The notes beneath the pieces were generated by a model. That model made no database searches, had not been told where the DNA came from, and was given only the letters and a program-made list of their open reading frames with translations. The position numbers and the translations under genes were made by a program. DNA of 64,000 nt from Bacteroidales bacterium (GTDB lineage: Bacteria > Bacteroidota > Bacteroidia > Bacteroidales > UBA12077): assembly GCA_021108325.1 (NCBI GenBank), contig JAIORB010000110.1:6415-70414 (forward strand). The letters run 5' to 3'. Of this stretch, positions 57,398 through 64,000 are shown in pieces; within the stretch, counting starts at the first letter, position 1, and every line of letters starts with the position of its first letter.

Positions 57398-57983
57398 CAT
57401 AATCATATTATTCTTCTTTGTTATTGGATTGTTTACTGGCATATATGATCTTTTACCTGAGCATTTTTTACAAAATGATTATAGTTTGTATGCTTTATAT
57501 TTACTAATGTTTTTAGTTGGAATTGGAATTGGCAGCAATAAAAAATCATTAATTTTAATAAGGTCGGTTAACTTTAAAATAATACTTGTACCGTTATCAG
57601 TAATCACAGGAACATATATTGGGGTATCTGTTTTTTCCTTATTACAAGATAATTTAAGCCTGATTGACTCACTTGCAGTTGGCTCAGGATTCGGATATTA
57701 CAGTTTATCAAGTGTTCTGATTTCGGAAGTTTCCGGTGATATGTTGGGGGTTATTGCATTGTTGTCGAATATAACGCGTGAAATTATCACTTTGTTACTA
57801 ACTCCTGTATTTGCACGATATTTTGGAAAACTTGCACCTATCTCATCAGGTGGCGCTACTGCTATGGACACAACACTTCCCGTAATTACAAAATATATTG
57901 GGTCTGATTATGCAATAATTTCAGTCTTTAGCGGAGTTGTTTTAACTATTCTTGTCCCGTTTCTAATTGCAATAATATTGTAA
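57387..57983 (+). CDS. LysO (DUF340)-family transporter, large subunit
   Basis: 198 aa, six hydrophobic helices. GFGYYSLSSVLI and GGATAMDTTLPVI blocks, recalled from YbjE/LysO-like proteins. Confidence 0.75.
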   Translation: MKGSIIILFFFVIGLFTGIYDLLPEHFLQNDYSLYALYLLMFLVGIGIGSNKKSLILIRSVNFKIILVPLSVITGTYIGVSVFSLLQDNLSLIDSLAVGSGFGYYSLSSVLISEVSGDMLGVIALLSNITREIITLLLTPVFARYFGKLAPISSGGATAMDTTLPVITKYIGSDYAIISVFSGVVLTILVPFLIAIIL

Positions 57984-58078
57984 ATGCTTAATAACATTTA
58001 AGAAATTATTAACTTGCTTTTGTTGAATAATTTGAATAACAATTCATAATTTTACATGCTCTTTAAAAAATATATAAA

Positions 58079-59344
58079 ATGGCAGGAAAAATTAATATTA
58101 ACGTAAGATCTGAGATTGGTGAATTAGAAGGTGTTATACTTCATACCCCCGGAAGCGAAGTAGAAAATATGACTCCGAAAAATGCAGAAAGAGCTCTTTA
58201 TAGCGATATTTTAAATCTTTCTGTAGCAAAAAAAGAATATTCTCAGTTTATCGGAGTTTTGGATAAATTAACGAGAACCTTCCAGGTTAAAGACTTACTT
58301 GCTGATATCCTTACCAATAAGAAAGTAAAAGATACTCTTTTACATAAAATCTGTCAATACGAACAAAAATGCAATTTGAGTGAATACCTTAAATTACTGG
58401 ATTCAAAAGAACTTGCCAGACAACTTATCGAAGGAGTTATTGAAGAAAAAAATACCTTAACTAAATACCTTAATAAAGAAAGATATTCATTAAGACCTTT
58501 ACATAATTTCTTTTTTACGCGTGATGCAGCAATGTCGGTACTTGATGATGTATTAATAGGGCGAATGGCAAGTAATGTACGTGAACGCGAATCGTTGATT
58601 ATGGAAGCTATTTTCGATTATCATGAATTATTTGTTACCAAAACTGTTAATCCGTTAAATAGCCAGAATTACAATTCAAATACCTCAATTGAAGGAGGTG
58701 ATGTTTTAGTTGCACGTGATGATATTTTATGTATTGGAACAGGTACACGAACAACTCCACAAGGGATTGACTTTATATTAGAAAGGCTATTAGAACAAAA
58801 AGAAAAAAGCCGTCATATTTTAATCCAGGAATTACCATATAAACCAGAATCATTTATACATCTCGATATGGTATTTACTTTTCTCGATGTTGATACCTGT
58901 ATGGTTTATGAACCATTAATTTTACAAACCAATAGATTCCAGACCATCCATGTTACTATTGAAAACGGCAAAGTAACTTCAATTAAAGAGGAAGAAAATC
59001 TTTTAAAATCACTAAAAAATTTAGGAATGGATTTGAACCCTGTATTATGCGGAGGGAGTAAAGACCCTTGGGTACAGGAACGTGAACAATGGCATAGTGG
59101 AGCTAACTTTTTTGCTGTTGGTCCCGGTAAAGTAATTGGATACGAGCGAAATGTTTATACAATTGAGGAAATGAATAAAAATGGTTTTGAAATTTTAAGA
59201 GCCAAAGATATAATAAAAGGTAAGATTGATCCAATGACATATAAAAAGTACGTTATTACGCTTGAAGGATCAGAATTACCACGTGGTGGTGGTGGGGCAC
59301 GATGCATGACCATGCCAATACAAAGAAAGCCTGTAAAATGGTAA
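58079..59344 (+). CDS. Arginine deiminase-family (guanidino-group modifying) enzyme
   Basis: N-terminal VRSEIGELEGVILHTPGSE, FFTRD, EGGDV, and a C-terminal catalytic Cys block (RGGGGARCMTMP). Confidence 0.85.
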   Translation: MAGKININVRSEIGELEGVILHTPGSEVENMTPKNAERALYSDILNLSVAKKEYSQFIGVLDKLTRTFQVKDLLADILTNKKVKDTLLHKICQYEQKCNLSEYLKLLDSKELARQLIEGVIEEKNTLTKYLNKERYSLRPLHNFFFTRDAAMSVLDDVLIGRMASNVRERESLIMEAIFDYHELFVTKTVNPLNSQNYNSNTSIEGGDVLVARDDILCIGTGTRTTPQGIDFILERLLEQKEKSRHILIQELPYKPESFIHLDMVFTFLDVDTCMVYEPLILQTNRFQTIHVTIENGKVTSIKEEENLLKSLKNLGMDLNPVLCGGSKDPWVQEREQWHSGANFFAVGPGKVIGYERNVYTIEEMNKNGFEILRAKDIIKGKIDPMTYKKYVITLEGSELPRGGGGARCMTMPIQRKPVKW

Positions 59345-59355
59345 AAAATATAACG

Positions 59356-60543
59356 CTAAACTAAATCCTTTACTAAATCAGCAGCTTCCTGAAGTGTAAT
59401 AGCAGAATATACTTTTAATTCCGAAGCATCAATAAGTTGTTTACCCTCTTCGGCATTTGTTCCTTGAAGTCGTACAATAACCGGAATGTTAATTGATCCA
59501 ATGGCCTTATAAGCATCTACAACACCTTGGGCAACCCTATCGCAACGAACTATTCCGCCAAATATATTTATTAGAATAGCTTTCACATTTGGATCTTTTA
59601 AAATAATTCTAAAACCTGCTTCAACTGTTTCAGCATTAGCAGAACCTCCAACATCAAGAAAATTTGCAGGATCGCCACCCGCTAGTTTTATAATGTCCAT
59701 AGTTGCCATTGCTAAACCAGCGCCATTAACCATACAACCTACATTTCCATCAAGTTTAACAAAATTAAGATTATATTTTCCTGCTTCCAGTTCATTCGGA
59801 TCTTCTTCTGAAATATCTCTCATTGCTTCATATTCCGGATGCCGGTATAATGCATTATTATCGATATTAACTTTTGCATCTGCTGCAAAAATTTTATTAT
59901 CCGATGTTTTAAATACCGGATTAATCTCAAACATAGAAGCATCACTTTTTTCATAGGCAGAATATAAAGCCATAACAAACTTTACCATTTGTTTAAAAGC
60001 ATTCCCGCTTAATCCTAAATTGAATGCAACTTTTCGTGCCTGATACGCCTGAATTCCCACTTTGGGATCTATTTCCTCTTTATAAATTAAATGTGGCGTT
60101 TTTTCAGCAACAGTTTCAATATCCATACCTCCTTCGGTCGAATACATAATAATATTTCTACTTGTGTCTCTGTTTAACAATACGCTTATATAAAATTCCT
60201 CAACTTCACTTTCTCCGGGATAATAAATTCCCTGCTCTACAAGTACCTTGCTCACTTTTTTTCCTTCAGGACCTGTTTGGTGTGTTACCAGATTCATTCC
60301 GATAATATCAGAAGCATACTTTTTAACCTCATCTAATGATTTTGCAATTTTTACTCCTCCGCCTTTACCTCTTCCACCTGCATGAATCTGAGCCTTAACT
60401 GCCCAGGTATCCATACCTGTTTTTTCTTGTATTTGCTTTGCAGCTTCAGTTGCCTTTTCGGCATTTTCAATAACAACTCCTTCCGGAACTGCAACACCAA
60501 ATTGTTTTAATATGCTTTTTGCCTGATATTCGTGTATGTTCAT
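59356..60543 (-). CDS. sucC: Succinate--CoA ligase (ADP-forming) beta subunit
   Basis: MNIHEYQAKSILKQFGV, AQIHAGGRGKGGGVK, NGAGLAMATMD, and NIFGGIVRCD. Confidence 0.96.
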   Translation of the reverse strand: MNIHEYQAKSILKQFGVAVPEGVVIENAEKATEAAKQIQEKTGMDTWAVKAQIHAGGRGKGGGVKIAKSLDEVKKYASDIIGMNLVTHQTGPEGKKVSKVLVEQGIYYPGESEVEEFYISVLLNRDTSRNIIMYSTEGGMDIETVAEKTPHLIYKEEIDPKVGIQAYQARKVAFNLGLSGNAFKQMVKFVMALYSAYEKSDASMFEINPVFKTSDNKIFAADAKVNIDNNALYRHPEYEAMRDISEEDPNELEAGKYNLNFVKLDGNVGCMVNGAGLAMATMDIIKLAGGDPANFLDVGGSANAETVEAGFRIILKDPNVKAILINIFGGIVRCDRVAQGVVDAYKAIGSINIPVIVRLQGTNAEEGKQLIDASELKVYSAITLQEAADLVKDLV

Positions 60544-60637
60544 ATAAAATATTTTACATTGAAAATTAATACCACGAAATTATTGTTTTTTTATACATTT
60601 AACCAATTTTTCGATTATAAATTAATTTGTAACAAAA

Positions 60638-61177
60638 ATGCGAAAATTAAAGAATAGTGAATTAAACAGATTAAGCATTGAAGAATTCAAAAAAACTGGA
60701 AAAACTCCTCTTGTAGTAGTGCTTGACAATATTCGAAGTTTAAATAATATTGGGAGTGTTTTCAGAACATCAGATGCATTTTTAACAGAGAAAATAATTT
60801 TATGTGGTATAACAGCCAAACCTCCTCATAAAGATATTCATAAGACAGCCTTAGGCGCTACAGAATCGGTTAATTGGGAATATACAGAAAGTACAATTGA
60901 TGCGGTAACTAAATTAAAAAATGAAGGGTATATTATTGTATCTATAGAGCAAACCGAAAAAGCAATAATGCTTCAAAACTTCAAAATTGAAAAAGATAAG
61001 AAATATGCTGTTATTTTTGGGAATGAAGTAAAAGGGGTTCAACAAGAAATTGTTAATTTAAGCAATTTCTCCATTGAAATACCACAATACGGAACAAAAC
61101 ATTCATTCAACATTTCAGTAAGTACGGGAATTGTTCTCTGGGAGTTTTTCAGAAAAATGAAATCTTTAAACAGTTAA
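60638..61177 (+). CDS. TrmH/SpoU-family RNA 2'-O-methyltransferase
   Basis: VVLDNIRSLNNIGSVFRTSDAF, FGNEVKGV, and IPQYGTKHSFNISVS. Confidence 0.88.
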   Translation: MRKLKNSELNRLSIEEFKKTGKTPLVVVLDNIRSLNNIGSVFRTSDAFLTEKIILCGITAKPPHKDIHKTALGATESVNWEYTESTIDAVTKLKNEGYIIVSIEQTEKAIMLQNFKIEKDKKYAVIFGNEVKGVQQEIVNLSNFSIEIPQYGTKHSFNISVSTGIVLWEFFRKMKSLNS

Positions 61178-61243
61178 CGCTAAAAGTGTTTATAATATTA
61201 CAAACACGTTCTAAAAACTGCTATCTTATTGTTGTAAAACCAG

Positions 61244-61277
61244 ATTCGTGCTCCTGGTTATTGGGACGCAGGAATGA
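61244..61277. repeat. Degenerate copy of the ATTCCTG/CAGGAAT REP-like hairpin
   Basis: ATTCGTGC (61244..61251) / GCAGGAAT (61268..61275), 7 of 8 positions pair. The 11-mer CGCAGGAATGA (61267..61277) is identical to 11331..11341. Confidence 0.4.
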
Positions 61278-61431
61278 AAACAAAGGCATGGACAAATGCA
61301 CATTTGCTTGCCAAAACCTTAGCATCAAAACTTTTTTTCTAATACTTTTATTTGTATATTTAATTTAGCAAAATAAAAATCACCTTGATTGTAACCTATT
61401 TAATATTTATTAACCAAAAAATTAAAAGAAA

Positions 61432-62346
61432 ATGAAAAAACATCGATTTAAGTTAAAACGAACTCTGCTAATAGGAATGCTAGTTGCATTAACTGTATTC
61501 CTGATAACCTGCGATTTAGAACAAGAGGTTCTAACCTCAGAAAATGAGCAGGAAGAATCTATAAACAATAGTAATATATGCGATGAGATTCTTGAACTGA
61601 ATTATGTTATTGAAACATCAACTCGCTATATATCGAAAAACAAAAAACTTTCGGATATGGATATTGCCATGATGACTCCTAAAAATGATAAAGAGGAAAT
61701 AAATGTCAAACTTCATGAGAACGGGCAAATATCAATGAATATAAAAAGATTGACACCAGAAGTAGCAATAAAAATTCCGCATAAAATACGTTCAGATAAT
61801 AGCAATGAATTATATGAAACAGTTATTGAAAATAATATTGCCAGCTTTTACAGTGAATCTGGTGAGTTATTAAATACTGTTTCTATGGAATTGCCCGATT
61901 ATTCTGAAACTGTAAACAGGCTGATAGAAATAACTGATAACTGTCACACGCAGGAGGATATAACTCAGGTTGTTGCACAATTACAAAGCAATCAAATAAA
62001 CAATTTGGATAAATACATTACCGATGCCAAAAATAATGGAATACAAGTTGTCGAAGAAGATGAACGGTTTATAGTTCTTCGAATGCCATTAGGAATGATT
62101 GACCCTGGTTCAACAAACGAAGCAGTTATCTTAATCGATAAAAAATTGAAAAGGCTGGGAGGTACGCGTGTTTATAACGTAGAAGGGGATTTATTGTCGA
62201 CTACTCTATTCGGGTATGGACATCCCAAGAAACCTTTTTTAACAGCAATTAAACAACAGGTAAAAGAAACTCTTCCATCGGGTGCTGAAGTAACCGTTGA
62301 ATCACTTAGCAAAATTGATAATATAAATTTTAGACTTAACTTGTAA
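61432..62346 (+). CDS. Hypothetical lipoprotein
   Basis: Lipobox (VFLITC), 304 aa. No family recognised. Confidence 0.55.
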   Translation: MKKHRFKLKRTLLIGMLVALTVFLITCDLEQEVLTSENEQEESINNSNICDEILELNYVIETSTRYISKNKKLSDMDIAMMTPKNDKEEINVKLHENGQISMNIKRLTPEVAIKIPHKIRSDNSNELYETVIENNIASFYSESGELLNTVSMELPDYSETVNRLIEITDNCHTQEDITQVVAQLQSNQINNLDKYITDAKNNGIQVVEEDERFIVLRMPLGMIDPGSTNEAVILIDKKLKRLGGTRVYNVEGDLLSTTLFGYGHPKKPFLTAIKQQVKETLPSGAEVTVESLSKIDNINFRLNL

Positions 62347-62356
62347 TTCGAAAAAA

Positions 62357-63622
62357 ATGAAAAAAATAAATATATATCTGGTAATTGTTCTGGCATTTCT
62401 TCCTGTTTTTGGATTGAATGCACAAGACCGAAATGTTGTTTGGGTTCATGGTATGGGAGGTGCTAACCAAAGTGTATGGGAGTATTACGAAACCATTTTC
62501 ACAAAAGAAAGACAAATGGACGGACACAGGGGTGAGTATGATACAGGCGATGGGATAGACAATGCGGCAAACATGGTTATTAGTGATGTAACTAGCACAA
62601 TTGGGGCTAATTCCCAAAACATTGCTATTGGACACAGTATGGGAGGTTTAATGATTAGGAATGTAGAACGGTTACCAGATGGTAACGGAATGTTTGGCGG
62701 TATAATTACCATTAACTCACCTAATTATGGTGCTCCGATAGCAAATTCAATTTCAGATGGCAGCCTTGATGGTATAATTTCTGATGCATGCAACAAACTA
62801 ACTGCAGGCCCGTTGAACCAAGGATTCCCAATTCCCTGGGTTATCCTGGGTAGTGTTACTAACGATGTTTTATGCAACTATTTAAATGATATAGATATTG
62901 TTCAGGATTTAGCAGGCAGTAGTAGAACCCGAGAAGATCTTAGTGTGGGCAGTGTGGCTATAAATAGAATTAATAATTACTCTACAAATACACCTCGAAT
63001 CTCTATTTGGTCACATGAGGATAGCCCTGTGCACTGGCGTATAGCTAGTTCTTATTATACGGAAAGAGAAAATGATACAGAAATAATTGATGTAGTTAAT
63101 ACTGCAAGAGATATTTTTAATGCACATTATGCCCAAAATATGGCATTGGGATTATCCTCACCTTTCCCTTTTAACGCATTATATTTTAACAGGGCAGCCC
63201 AATGGAAAAAAGGTAGGGACTGGATTGATAACAGTGAATCTATATGGTGTAGTTTAATTAAAACCACGCGCATAGAAACACATACGTACTCGTACTGGGA
63301 TTACCAGTGTATTTATGTTTGGGATGACGGGGACCTGATGAAAAAACCTGCTCCGCCACCCGAAGAATGCACGTGGCAGTGGGTATATGTAACAAAAACA
63401 ACCAGGGTTTCGGTTAATTACCCCAGCGATGGTTTATTGCCCGAATATACCCAGAAGTTAGAGGGAATACCCGGTGGTAATATTTATAAAGTTGATGGAG
63501 CAAACCATCTCGAAGTTACGGATATGTCGAATTGTCCAGTGGATGGAACATACAATACTTTTAGGGATATTTGGAATAGACGTCCAGATGATTTTTTCCA
63601 TACTGATCTAAGACAGCCATAA
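62357..63622 (+). CDS. Secreted alpha/beta-hydrolase (lipase/esterase-like, GHSMGG nucleophile elbow)
   Basis: Signal peptide, VWVHGMGG (oxyanion region), IAIGHSMGGLMIRN (GxSxG), and a C-terminal GANHLEV (candidate catalytic His). There is a large ~200-aa insertion between them. Confidence 0.7.
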   Translation: MKKINIYLVIVLAFLPVFGLNAQDRNVVWVHGMGGANQSVWEYYETIFTKERQMDGHRGEYDTGDGIDNAANMVISDVTSTIGANSQNIAIGHSMGGLMIRNVERLPDGNGMFGGIITINSPNYGAPIANSISDGSLDGIISDACNKLTAGPLNQGFPIPWVILGSVTNDVLCNYLNDIDIVQDLAGSSRTREDLSVGSVAINRINNYSTNTPRISIWSHEDSPVHWRIASSYYTERENDTEIIDVVNTARDIFNAHYAQNMALGLSSPFPFNALYFNRAAQWKKGRDWIDNSESIWCSLIKTTRIETHTYSYWDYQCIYVWDDGDLMKKPAPPPEECTWQWVYVTKTTRVSVNYPSDGLLPEYTQKLEGIPGGNIYKVDGANHLEVTDMSNCPVDGTYNTFRDIWNRRPDDFFHTDLRQP

Positions 63623-63625
63623 GTT

Positions 63626-64000
63626 ATGAAACAGTTTATAGTTTTGTTATCCGTTATTTTCATCCTTGCTGCTGCATGTAGCAAGGATGAACCTGTTGAA
63701 TACCAGACCGACAGTAACGGAGTAATTATTTTATTACCTTACCAGTGGAAAAAATCGTTACATGAAGATGGTATTTTCCATAGTAATAGTAGAGTTAAGA
63801 ATGCAATAATTTATAATGGAAATATTGCTATTCCTACCACGGTAAGTGAAGGAGTCCGTTATCTGACTATGATTAATCCAGATAACGGTGAAACTATTTG
63901 GCAGTGGAATGATATATACAATGCACCAACTGAAAGAATAATGATTGATTATCCTTATATAAATGGAAATCTATTAACTTATCAAGAAGGTGCTTGCAGT
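63626..64000 (+). CDS. Lipoprotein, probable PQQ/BamB-like beta-propeller (5' part; runs off the window)
   Basis: Hand translation gives MKQFIVLLSVIFILAAACSKDE...MINPDNGETIWQW.... It has a lipobox (LAAAC) and starts 3 nt after the upstream stop. Not in the ORF track because it is truncated. Confidence 0.55.
   Translation, partial: MKQFIVLLSVIFILAAACSKDEPVEYQTDSNGVIILLPYQWKKSLHEDGIFHSNSRVKNAIIYNGNIAIPTTVSEGVRYLTMINPDNGETIWQWNDIYNAPTERIMIDYPYINGNLLTYQEGACS

Noticed and set aside
57119-57983. The split LysO/DUF340 transporter as a frameshifted pseudogene.
   Set aside because: Both ORFs have their own ATG and overlap in the manner of coupled genes, with intact hydrophobic helices. From memory, a small-plus-large two-gene arrangement is common for this family.
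1-64000. Scan for CRISPR arrays, tRNA/rRNA/tmRNA genes, transposases, integrases, reverse transcriptases, toxin-antitoxin pairs and known defence operons.
   Set aside because: I saw no regularly spaced direct-repeat array, no tRNA T-loop/acceptor signatures, no rRNA-like conserved blocks and no ORFs with those enzyme motifs. A by-eye scan can miss small RNAs, so tRNAscan, Infernal and defence-finder runs are still advisable.

Overview
AT-rich (about 30-35% G+C by eye) chromosomal segment that looks like a Bacteroidota genome. Supporting signs are a T9SS C-terminal sorting-domain cargo protein, a TTTG/TAnnTTTG-type promoter in front of rpmH, and DUF2141/DUF4294/LptFG-type gene content. I can support about 60 protein genes, mostly housekeeping: dnaB, rmuC, ispE, tgt, rsmG, rpmH, rluD, ddl, gcvP, pcm, sucC, thpR, elbB and an acyl-CoA carboxyltransferase plus biotin carrier. 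There are also envelope and peptidoglycan genes (two L,D-transpeptidases, a beta-lactamase-fold hydrolase, a PASTA protein, glycosyltransferases, a priming sugar transferase) and four signalling modules (TPR-HK/NarL RR, HK/OmpR RR, a hybrid GAF-PAS kinase, a membrane LytTR protein). Two real genes are missing from the ORF track: a truncated beta-helix protein at 1..1049 (-) and rpmH at 30752..30910 (+). By eye I found no rRNA, tRNA, CRISPR array, integrase, transposase, reverse transcriptase or recognisable defence operon, so I cannot name a clear-cut new system. The most unusual locus is a 2.15-kb insertion between rluD and ddl (36.16-38.3 kb). It holds a markedly GC-rich lipoprotein gene whose product aligns by eye with the metazoan thrombospondin C-terminal domain, a 15-bp inverted-repeat pair, and a free-standing NUMOD4/HNH homing-type endonuclease. 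Other leads: a perfect 15-bp direct repeat (20-bp period) next to a membrane LytTR regulator and upstream of a DUF2141-CPBP-4Fe4S operon whose CPBP gene is frameshifted; a GT2 plus TMTC-like GT-C/TPR glycosyltransferase pair; a tiny Cys/Lys-rich secreted protein divergent from a two-component system, with a PhoB-box-like repeat between them; and several families of GC-rich palindromic or dispersed intergenic repeats. All family assignments are motif recognition by eye and need HMM/BLAST confirmation.
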